The notes beneath the pieces were generated by a model. The model did not search any database and was not told the DNA's origin. It saw only the letters and a list, made by a program, of their open reading frames with translations. DNA of 64,000 bases from an uncultured bacterium. Its GTDB lineage: Bacteria; Chloroflexota; UBA5177; JANWHV01. Shown here one piece after another: positions 22,377 to 31,923 of this stretch. The position numbers and the translations under genes were made by a program. Location: NCBI GenBank assembly GCA_963827235.1, contig CAWHAE010000014.1:352001-416000 (forward strand). The letters run 5' to 3'. Each line of letters opens with the position of its first letter. The first letter of the stretch is position 1.

Positions 22377-22510
22377 ACGTGTACCTCTCAGTCTTCATCG
22401 CAGGAAACATGGACTGGGCCGGCCCGCTTCGCCGCACGGGCTGCGTGCCGCGGCGCGGCCGGTCGCGATCGCGTGCCTGGAGGGGATGAAAACTAGGGAG
22501 CGCGTATGCG
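22372..22510 (-). promoter_or_regulatory. predicted mRNA stem-loop sequestering the secD RBS and start codon
   Basis: 22503-22510 is a perfect 8-bp inverse of 22372-22379, which covers the secD ATG. 22485-22495 pairs with 22389-22399 (11 bp, 2 G-U) next to the SD. GC-rich nested stems lie between. Confidence 0.7.
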
Positions 22511-22936
22511 CGGCGGCGACTTGGCAGCGGAGGACGAAGGCACGACCTGAGACGCCGCCACCAGTGCTCTGTTCGTAGTACTGCCGGCGGTGTCCGAGGA
22601 CTTGTCGCCAAGCAACTGGACCGATCGCGGATCCCTCGCCCTGGGAGTGCGAGCAGGAGCGATGGCCGGAGCGGCGTCCAGCGATCGAAGGTGAGAGCCA
22701 TCCTGCTCGGGGCTTGAGAGCCCGGCCGAAGGCAGCAACAACGTCTGGCCGTCAATTGCCCCGGTGCTGATTGCCGATCGGGCCTGAGACACGTCCGACT
22801 GAAGCGCGGGCTGGACCGGAGCTTGCGCGAGATCGCGCGCACCGGCAATAGCGCCCACGCCGCCGCTGCCGGCGTGAAGCGAGGCGACGAAGATGGCGAG
22901 CGCGCGCACTAACGACGATACGGACCGCACACGCAT
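22493..22936 (-). CDS. putative secretion-monitor/ribosome arrest leader peptide upstream of secDF
   Basis: GAGGTG SD; basic then hydrophobic N-terminus (MRVRSVSSLVRALAIFVASLHA); low-complexity spacer; C-terminal PPRIRAP-stop; 116 nt upstream of secD. Confidence 0.65.
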   Translation of the reverse strand: MRVRSVSSLVRALAIFVASLHAGSGGVGAIAGARDLAQAPVQPALQSDVSQARSAISTGAIDGQTLLLPSAGLSSPEQDGSHLRSLDAAPAIAPARTPRARDPRSVQLLGDKSSDTAGSTTNRALVAASQVVPSSSAAKSPPRIRAP

Positions 22937-23002
22937 CAGGCTACTGTCACCTCGAGATTATGCTGCAGGCAGCCGGCACAGGCTGCCGAATGAGCACTCA
23001 CT

Positions 23003-23032
23003 AGTATCTTGGTCCAGGTGCCCGCGTGTCAA
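23003..23032 (-). promoter_or_regulatory. putative sigma70 promoter for leader-secD-secF
   Basis: Minus strand TTGACA-N18-GATACT. Confidence 0.4.
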
Positions 23033-23056
23033 ACGCGCAGAGCCCGTGGGGCGCCT

Positions 23057-23896
23057 TCACGGACGGTCGGTATACTCCACGCCGCGCAGCCTGCGTGACC
23101 TGGGACGCGGCGACGCAGGGCCCGCGTCGACGTCTGCGCCCACCCCGCCGCGAAAGTCGCGCGAATCAATGGTCACGCAGGTGCTAATCACAGGGTCCGA
23201 CATGCGAGAGGCGAGACGGCCGCCGATCTCGTCCAGCGAGCTATTCGTGGTGATCACCGTGGGCAGGCGATAGATGTAGCGGTGATTGAAAAGCTGATAG
23301 AGCTTCTCGGTCGCCCACTGCGTGCTGATCTGAGTACCCAGGTCATCAAGAATGAGGAGCTGAGCCTGGCGGACACCCTCGAAAAAGTCGTCGTAATCGA
23401 GCTCGCTTCCGGGCGCGTAGGCAGAACGCAAGTGGTCGAGCAGATCCGGAACGACCATGAACAGTGCCGGCTCTCCGATCGAGAGCCTGTAGTTGCCGAT
23501 AGCCGCGGCCAGATGGGTCTTCCCTGTCCCGTACCCTCCCATGATCACCAGCCACCCGTCAGGGCTGAGAGCGTACTGCTGGGCACGTTTGTGAGCATTC
23601 TGCTGCGGTGAGTCGACGATAAAGGACTCGAAGGTCATGCCGGCGAGAGCTCGCAAGTTGGATTTTTCCAGCAGTCGCTGCATCCGGCGCTCCGCTATCT
23701 CGCGCTCCTTGCAGGTGCAGGGCACGATACTGCCGAAGCGCGGATCGTCTACCGGCACGTCCAGGCGCAGGTACCCGGCACCGCGGCACTGGGCGCAAAC
23801 CGGAGTGAGGTCACGACTGGACGACGTGACCGTATCGGCCCCCGGTGTATTTCTCCGGATCTCCAGGCGCTTCAGGATGTCGCCGATCGATTCCAC
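23057..23896 (-). CDS. DnaC/DnaI/IstB-like AAA+ helicase loader
   Basis: CAQC..CTC zinc motif, GGYGTGKT, LILDDLG, ITTN, RLASR. GTG start at 23896. Confidence 0.88.
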   Translation of the reverse strand: MESIGDILKRLEIRRNTPGADTVTSSSRDLTPVCAQCRGAGYLRLDVPVDDPRFGSIVPCTCKEREIAERRMQRLLEKSNLRALAGMTFESFIVDSPQQNAHKRAQQYALSPDGWLVIMGGYGTGKTHLAAAIGNYRLSIGEPALFMVVPDLLDHLRSAYAPGSELDYDDFFEGVRQAQLLILDDLGTQISTQWATEKLYQLFNHRYIYRLPTVITTNSSLDEIGGRLASRMSDPVISTCVTIDSRDFRGGVGADVDAGPASPRPRSRRLRGVEYTDRP

Positions 23897-24545
23897 TGGA
23901 CTTCCCTTCAGCCTCCCACCGCTTGAGTATCGCTCCGACGTACGCCCAGTTGCGCTTGTTCTGCTCCACGGCCAGACGCATCGCGTCCCCGATCCACTCG
24001 GGCGGATAGCTGAGCTCCGCGTCGCGCAGCCGATCCGCAATTAGCGGAGTGAGCACGCCGATATTCCGCTCATATAATGTAAAGATATTTGGTCGATAGA
24101 TGCGAACCACCTCGACCGGCCCGGTATCCGCGCCGACCACCTCGGACGGGTCTATCTCCTCGCGCCGGAGACGCTCGATTGCCTCGCGGCTAACCGGCGT
24201 ATTGATCAGGTACCAGCGCTGCAGTTCCTTCTCGGACCTACCGAGCGAGACCAGGAGCACGGTGCCTCGGGTGACGGCAAGCTCCAGGCCTTCACGGAGG
24301 TAATCCTCGGCAGCACGCGGCCCCAAGCGCGGCTTCAGCGAGCGGAGCAGCACGTGGTCGGCTTGCAGCTCTTCGAGCGACATTGCCTTGGGCAGTCCTT
24401 TGCGCCGCGCCAGGCGCCAAAACAGATGGAGCGTCACTTTAAGCTCGACGAGCGATTCGATCTCGGGAAGCAAGATACTGAAAAACGCATCCGGCACCGG
24501 CGTGTTCGGCGCCCTGCTCGGGTAGAAGCCTGCGAAGCCGCTCAT
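23811..24545 (-). CDS. DnaD domain replication protein
   Basis: VPDAFFS.LLP.I..L.ELKV, IFTLYERNIG.LTP, WAYV..IL..W DnaD pattern. ATGA overlap with the dnaB stop. Confidence 0.88.
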   Translation of the reverse strand: MSGFAGFYPSRAPNTPVPDAFFSILLPEIESLVELKVTLHLFWRLARRKGLPKAMSLEELQADHVLLRSLKPRLGPRAAEDYLREGLELAVTRGTVLLVSLGRSEKELQRWYLINTPVSREAIERLRREEIDPSEVVGADTGPVEVVRIYRPNIFTLYERNIGVLTPLIADRLRDAELSYPPEWIGDAMRLAVEQNKRNWAYVGAILKRWEAEGKSSGIDRRHPEAPGDPEKYTGGRYGHVVQS

Positions 24546-25891
24546 AGAGGCGTCCGAGCCTCGAGATCTCGGAATCTCGTCTGTACCTTGTCGAAATAGA
24601 GCGACAGCTGACCGGTCGGGCCGTTGCGGTGCTTGGCAACGTAGAGGTCCGCGATGTGCTGTTTCTCGGTCTCGGGATCGTACATCTCTTCGCGACACAG
24701 GAAGATGACGACGTCTGCGTCCTGCTCGATGCTTCCGCTCTCGCGCAAATCGGAGAGCAGAGGGACGTGAGAGGTCCGCGAGTCGACGCCGCGCGACACC
24801 TGCGAAAGCGCCACCACCGGCACGTTCAACTCCCGCGCCAGGACCTTGAGCGCGCGAGAGATGCCGCTGATCTCCTGCACGCGGTTCTCGGAGGCACGAC
24901 CCGACATGAGCTGCAAGTAGTCGACCACGATCAAGTCCAGCCCTTGCTCTGCCTGCAGCCTGCGAGCACGATTGCGCATCTCCGCGGGCGTGATGCCGGC
25001 CGAATCGTCGATGAAGATCTTGGTTTCGGAAAGCACGCCGGCCGCTTCGATCAGTCTGCCCCATTCGGACTCGTCAATGTAGCCCGAGCGCAGGCGCCCG
25101 CTGTCCAGTCGCCCTTGCATGCACAGGAGACGCTGCACGAGCTGTTCCTTCGACATTTCGAGGCTGAATAGCGCGATCCGATGCTTGAAGCGCACGGCCG
25201 CGTTATGGCACATGCCCAGCGCAAGTGCCGTCTTGCCGTGTGCCGGTCGTGCGCCAACGATGATCAGATCGGAGCGCTGCAGGCCGCCGAGAATCTTGTC
25301 GAGATCGACGAATCCCGTGGGCGTGCCGAGGATGGCACCTCGGTGCTCGTGGACATAATCGGCCTGTTCGAGTATGGTGGTCAATACCTCGCGGATCGGC
25401 ACGAAGCCGGCGCTGTTCCGGCCCTGGGAAACGGCGAAGAGCGTCTCCTCGGCGTCGTTCAGCGCCTCCTCGACTTCGACGCCATCACGTTGCGCGATGC
25501 TGATGATCTGCCCGCCGGCGCGGATCAGTCTGCGTAGCACCGCCAATCGCTCGACGATACGCGCGTAATGCTCCGCGTGCAGGGAGGTGGCGACCACGTC
25601 CACCAGCGACAGCACATACCCCCGCCCCCCGGACCGCTGGAGGAGGTCGCGTCGCTCGACCTCCTCCAGCACGGTGATCACGTCGACGGGCCGGCGCTGT
25701 TCGTACAGGTCTACCATGACGCGGTAGATCACCGCGTGCGCGTCGTGGGCAAAGTCATCCGGCCGCAGGATGGCAGTTATCTCGATAATGGCGTCGGGAT
25801 CGAGAAGCAGACTGCCAAGAACGGCCTGTTCGGCTTCAAGACTGCGCGGTAGGTGCTCTTCGCCTCCAGCCGCCAGTGTCTCCGTGATCAA
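24542..25891 (-). CDS. dnaB: replicative DNA helicase
   Basis: EAEQAVLG, GARPAHGKT, FSLEM, VDYLQLM, SDLRESGSIEQDAD, KHRNGPTG. No intein. Confidence 0.97.
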   Translation of the reverse strand: MITETLAAGGEEHLPRSLEAEQAVLGSLLLDPDAIIEITAILRPDDFAHDAHAVIYRVMVDLYEQRRPVDVITVLEEVERRDLLQRSGGRGYVLSLVDVVATSLHAEHYARIVERLAVLRRLIRAGGQIISIAQRDGVEVEEALNDAEETLFAVSQGRNSAGFVPIREVLTTILEQADYVHEHRGAILGTPTGFVDLDKILGGLQRSDLIIVGARPAHGKTALALGMCHNAAVRFKHRIALFSLEMSKEQLVQRLLCMQGRLDSGRLRSGYIDESEWGRLIEAAGVLSETKIFIDDSAGITPAEMRNRARRLQAEQGLDLIVVDYLQLMSGRASENRVQEISGISRALKVLARELNVPVVALSQVSRGVDSRTSHVPLLSDLRESGSIEQDADVVIFLCREEMYDPETEKQHIADLYVAKHRNGPTGQLSLYFDKVQTRFRDLEARTPL

Positions 25892-26346
25892 GCGGAGGCC
25901 GCCTCCTGCAGCGTGACGTTGATAGCTGCCTTAACGTCGTGCCCCAACCGCACCGGAACGGTGTAGCTGCCCAGTGTCTTCAACGCGTCGGGAAGATCGA
26001 TGTCTCGGCGGTCGATTGTGATCTCGGCGGCTCGAGCGAGCTCGTCGGCGATGTCTTTGCTCGTGATGGACCCATACAGGCGATTCTGCTCGCCCACTCG
26101 CACCTGGAACACGAGCGACACCCCGGCTAGGCGAGCGGCCAGGCCTTCTGCGTCCGTCCGTGCCTTCTCCTGAGATTTGGCAATCTGCGAGCGACGAGCC
26201 TCGAGGGACTTCAGCTCCCCGGCCGTGGCAAGCACCGCGAGGCCCTGAGGCACCAGGTAATTGCGCATGTACCCGGGCGAGACTTCCTTGAGCTCCCCCG
26301 CCTTACCCAGGTTTGCCACGTCTTTCTGCAGCACCACACGTACCAT
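25888..26346 (-). CDS. rplI: 50S ribosomal protein L9
   Basis: DVANLGKAG..VSPGYMRNYLVP, RLYGSIT. AGGAG RBS. Confidence 0.97.
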   Translation of the reverse strand: MVRVVLQKDVANLGKAGELKEVSPGYMRNYLVPQGLAVLATAGELKSLEARRSQIAKSQEKARTDAEGLAARLAGVSLVFQVRVGEQNRLYGSITSKDIADELARAAEITIDRRDIDLPDALKTLGSYTVPVRLGHDVKAAINVTLQEAASA

Positions 26347-26595
26347 GCCTGCCAACTCCTAACCGACATTGTCTGCAATGAGGGTATGCCGGTAAACAAC
26401 GTTACCCACGGCATGCCCGCGAACATCTACAACGCTACAGTGTACCCGAGGGTAGAATCGGGCGTGGAGCGCGTTCAGGCCGCCGGGTCACCGGAGAGCG
26501 CGTCACGTCCGCCCGCTTGCCTTCCGGGGCCTGCGCTCCAACCGGCTCGGTTGTGGAAAAAATAATCTCACTCGCGCTCTGATAGAAGGCATCTA

Positions 26596-26624
26596 TTGAC
26601 ATTCGTCGGGTTCGGGTATATAGT
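26596..26624 (+). promoter_or_regulatory. sigma70 promoter for the sugar isomerase
   Basis: TTGACA-N17-TATAGT. Confidence 0.65.
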
Positions 26625-26781
26625 CTCGATGGTCGTTCGAGCGGCACCGTGCGCCCGTGAGATGAGCCTCCGATGGCGTCGCACGCATGAGGACTCCGGT
26701 GTTCGGTGCGGGCGGTCGTGTCCCGTTGTTGTTTATCACTGCATAGTGACGGTGACTAGCTCACTCTTGTTAGGAGAGACC

Positions 26782-28248
<1,467 letters not shown>

Positions 28249-28651
28249 CGAGCGAGACGCAGCCGGAGTGATCTGTTCGTCGCCCTGTGAGACGGTTGGC
28301 CCGCGAAGCGTCGACACGCTACGACAAGGTATGACAAGCAGACCCGCATTACCGGGCACTGCGTTACAATCAGCCAGGCAGTAGTGTGAGAAGAGGTGCC
28401 GGACCGAAGGTAATCAGCGAGCAGGCAGCGCCAGCGACCGGCCAGCATGTGGAATCATCGTCGGAGCTACGCGCTCCATTGAACGCCACGTGACGACTCT
28501 TACCTAGGACGTGGTAGGCCGCCAGCCCGACGCAGCGTCGTAGCATGAGGGGGGTGCGCATGAGCGCAAGATGCAACCCGCCGGGTGGACGCTTGCTGCG
28601 AGTGTGCCTGACCACCCTGTCCCGGCGCGGTGCACTGCGCGATGCAGCAGG

Positions 28652-30775
28652 ATGGGTACGATCGTGAGTGTCCTGTGGTCCTACGTGCGCTTTGTCGGTA
28701 GCTCGCCGCGACTGATCCTTCAACTGGCTCTGAGCCTGCTGTTCGCCGCACTCGTCGGCGGCGTCTGCCTGGCCGGCCTGAACGCGGCGCAGGACAGGGT
28801 GATCACCGTGCCCACCGCCGGGATACCGACCCTGATCCATGCCGTCGAGTCCGACCGCATCGCGGAACGCCTGGGACTCGACTTGGTCGTGGCTGCAAGC
28901 GATTCCAATGCGGCGACCCGCGCACACGTAGACATGCCGCAAGTACTGGAAGATATCCGCTCGGCCTGGCAGCAACTGCAGCAGTACGACCCGCGAAGCC
29001 TTCGCGCGGACGGCCAGACAGCGCTGCTCGCGCGCGCCAACGCCCTCTTTCGCCAGGGACAGACGATGGCCAACCAAGCTGCCGCGCTTGACCGCACGGC
29101 AAAGGGGCGGCCAGAGAGCCAGCGCCTCCTGCACCAGATCGGAGGCGCCAGCGTCTTTCCGTTGCATCAGCAACTGGTATCACTCATCGCCCTGGACGAG
29201 GCCGCGGTAGCCCAGACCGGCAACGAGACCGCCTCGTGGCTGCAGGTCACGTCCTGGCGCGTTGTGGCCGCCGTTCTGCTTTCCGTGCTGACTGTCGACG
29301 CACTGTACGTGGTCATGGCAGCAAGAGAATACCGCCGCCGGACCACAACGCAGGAGATGGCAGACATGGTAGCGTTCGTGGACGGGCCGGGCGCTATCCG
29401 CTACGTAAGTCCGACCTTCGAGCAGGCGTTGGGTCGCCCCGCTGCCGCGGTGCTGAACCACCCCGTCCTCGAGTATGTGCATCCGGGCGACGCCGAGGCC
29501 GCCCGTGCGGCACTCGAGGGGCGCTGCAACAATCAGACCGATCCGACCGAGCGCGAGCTCCGAATCCACCACGCCGACGGTTCCTATCGTTGGCTGGCCG
29601 TCACAGCAGTCAGCAAGCTTCAGGACCCCCTTATCCGCGCTATCGTGGTGACCTGCCACGACGTCACGGCGCGCAAAGAGGCGGAAAGGGCGCTGCAGAC
29701 CAGCGAGGCGCGCCTGCGCACTGTGATCGCGCACGCCCCGATTCTGGTCTTCGCCCTGGACGGCGCCGGCCGCTTCACCCTTCTGGAGGGCGGGTCGCTA
29801 AGCGGGAGCGAGGACGTGCCGCGACCCTCCATGGGACAGTCGATTCAGGAATGGCTCCAGGAGGTGTCCGCCCAGCCCAGCGTCCGGGAGCGCGTACAGC
29901 GCGGCGAGGCGGTCTCCACCGATGTCACCGTGGGCGAGCAGGTATTCGACGTGTGGTGGTCGCCCGCTGCCGCGGACGAAGATGCCGAGGGTCAGGTGGG
30001 CACCGGCGTAGCCGTGGACGTGACCGACCGCGTACTGGCCCAACGAGAGGCGGACCGCGCGCGAACGACAGCCGAGGAGCTCGCTCGCCTGCGCAGCGAC
30101 TTCGTAGCCTCGATCAGCCATGAGCTGCGCACACCGCTGACGGCAATCGTCGGTTATGGCGAGCTCCTGCAGGCACACTGGGACCAGCTTGGCGACGCGA
30201 TGCGCAGGGACCGTCTGGGGCGCATCGTGGCCGCGGCCAACCGCCAGAAACGGCTGGTAGACGACCTCTTGTTGGTCTCCCGGCTGGACACACAGCGGCT
30301 CTCGCTGCGTGTGCAGGCGGTGCACCTGGCGAGCGTGATCGACCGCGCAGCACAGGAGATCGCCGGTGCCTATGCCCAGCAGCGATTCGAGCTGCTCGGT
30401 CCAGCAGAGCTGCAGGCGCGGGCGGACCCGGATCGCACGGCGCAGATCATTGCCAACTTGCTGGACAACGCGGCCAAATACTCCCACGAAGGCACTCGGA
30501 TCACGGTGACCTGGCAAGGTGCAGGCGACGCAGTGGTAGTGCGGGTCGCCGACCAAGGCAGCGGCATTCCGGAGGCGAGCCGGGAATTGCTGTTCACGCG
30601 GTTCGGCCGGGTGCCCGGTAGCCAGGTGAGATCCGGCCACGTAGGTACTGGCCTGGGTCTCTACCTGGGCAGAGATTTGGCTCGCGCCATGGGCGGCGAT
30701 CTCGAAGTGGAGAGCACTGGGCCGGAAGGGACGGTCTTCCGCTTGCGCCTGCCCGCCGTGCTCGCGCCTAGCTAG
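28652..30775 (+). CDS. membrane sensor histidine kinase (helical extracytoplasmic domain, 2 PAS, HisKA, HATPase)
   Basis: Two TMs, PAS (YVSP..YVHPGD..DGSYRW..DVT), SHELRTPL, NLLDNAAKYS, DQGSGI, GTGLGL. Start is uncertain. Confidence 0.92.
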   Translation: MGTIVSVLWSYVRFVGSSPRLILQLALSLLFAALVGGVCLAGLNAAQDRVITVPTAGIPTLIHAVESDRIAERLGLDLVVAASDSNAATRAHVDMPQVLEDIRSAWQQLQQYDPRSLRADGQTALLARANALFRQGQTMANQAAALDRTAKGRPESQRLLHQIGGASVFPLHQQLVSLIALDEAAVAQTGNETASWLQVTSWRVVAAVLLSVLTVDALYVVMAAREYRRRTTTQEMADMVAFVDGPGAIRYVSPTFEQALGRPAAAVLNHPVLEYVHPGDAEAARAALEGRCNNQTDPTERELRIHHADGSYRWLAVTAVSKLQDPLIRAIVVTCHDVTARKEAERALQTSEARLRTVIAHAPILVFALDGAGRFTLLEGGSLSGSEDVPRPSMGQSIQEWLQEVSAQPSVRERVQRGEAVSTDVTVGEQVFDVWWSPAAADEDAEGQVGTGVAVDVTDRVLAQREADRARTTAEELARLRSDFVASISHELRTPLTAIVGYGELLQAHWDQLGDAMRRDRLGRIVAAANRQKRLVDDLLLVSRLDTQRLSLRVQAVHLASVIDRAAQEIAGAYAQQRFELLGPAELQARADPDRTAQIIANLLDNAAKYSHEGTRITVTWQGAGDAVVVRVADQGSGIPEASRELLFTRFGRVPGSQVRSGHVGTGLGLYLGRDLARAMGGDLEVESTGPEGTVFRLRLPAVLAPS

Positions 30776-31017
30776 CACGACGTGGCACCCGAGCATGGAG
30801 CCTCTGGGCCGGGCATAGCCGAGATCGGGGTCGATCAGTTGCAGGATGTCCCGAAGACACAACGTTGCGGTGGAGCAGGTAGTCTGCCGCGCACGGTGAA
30901 GCCGGATGCTATACTCGGGCCTGAGACCGCAAGGAGGCTATTGGGGCCGGAGCGAGGGCTATTGGTACTCGCCGCGGCCCACAGGTCTGAGCCGGATGCT
31001 CACAGGGAGGAACCAGC

Positions 31018-31437
31018 ATGTTTGGCCACGGAAACGATCAGGCAGCCAATCAAGCGCCGGTGCCGCACGCCGCAACGTCGGACCTCACCGGGCAGGAATT
31101 CTGGCTCGTCAATGACGCCGGCTTCCAGGTGCTCGGCTTGGTGTTGGGCAACTGCGTCTACTCAATGGGCGCCATGCGCAACTGGCTTGCCGGCTTCAAG
31201 GCGAATTTCAAGGGCGAGATCAAAGAAGTTACCCAGCTCATGTATGATGCACGTGAGCTGGCCCTCCAGCGCATGCAGGCCGAAGCGGACGCGCTCGGTG
31301 CGGATACGGTGGTCGGCGTGGAGATCAAGATCGAGTATCTCCACAATGACGAATGGATGGAAGTCACGGCCACGGGCACGGCCGTGCGGAAGTCGGGACC
31401 GGCGCAGCATCGAGCGCAGGTGACCATCCAGGCGTGA
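31018..31437 (+). CDS. YbjQ/UPF0145 (heavy-metal-binding-like) protein
   Basis: TSDLTGQEF, GEIKEVTQLMYDARELAL.RM..EA..LGAD.VVG, ATGTAV. GGAGG RBS. Confidence 0.85.
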   Translation: MFGHGNDQAANQAPVPHAATSDLTGQEFWLVNDAGFQVLGLVLGNCVYSMGAMRNWLAGFKANFKGEIKEVTQLMYDARELALQRMQAEADALGADTVVGVEIKIEYLHNDEWMEVTATGTAVRKSGPAQHRAQVTIQA

Positions 31438-31665
31438 GCCGCCGGCAGCGCCGCGTGCGAACGTAGCTTGTGCGCCCGCCGGCACCGGCATTGACCAACT
31501 GAACCCGCTGCGACAACTGCCGTCGGAGCCCAGCCTGCTCGGCGGCAGGTAAGGCTACGCCCGCGAGCCAGCGAGCCGCTGAAGTCAGCGCGACCGAGAT
31601 GCCCGGAGATTGGACCAAAGCGCTGCTGCCGCAGAAAATGGAAATGTTTACCGGCCCCGGCCACA

Positions 31666-31694
31666 TTGACCGCGCGCAGGTGACGTGCTATGTT
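31666..31694 (+). promoter_or_regulatory. sigma70 promoter for the aminotransferase operon
   Basis: TTGACC-N17-TATGTT with an extended TG. Confidence 0.55.
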
Positions 31695-31923
31695 CGGTCC
31701 GCGAGCCCTCTCAGAGGGCCAGGGCATTCGCGGGGGGTAGCGAGCTCTGAGCAGCAGTGCCCGAGCCAGAGTGCGATGCCGGCCAGGCACCACGCTCGCG
31801 GTTGTGCATCGCGGCGTCCCGGGCGCGGCGGGAGGTAATGCTTCAGTGCGATCTACTTAGGACGCTCGCACGGGCCGAGACTGCAACCTGTAACGTGGTA
31901 GACCCCTGATTCAAGGAGCTTTC

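Noticed and set aside
23057-23896. IstB-like ATPase as part of an IS21 element or prophage
   Set aside because: No IstA transposase, terminal repeats or phage genes; it is coupled to dnaD/dnaB.
28385-28520. AGAGGTGC resembling a lysine riboswitch 5' end
   Set aside because: The remaining conserved elements were not found, and the downstream gene is unrelated.
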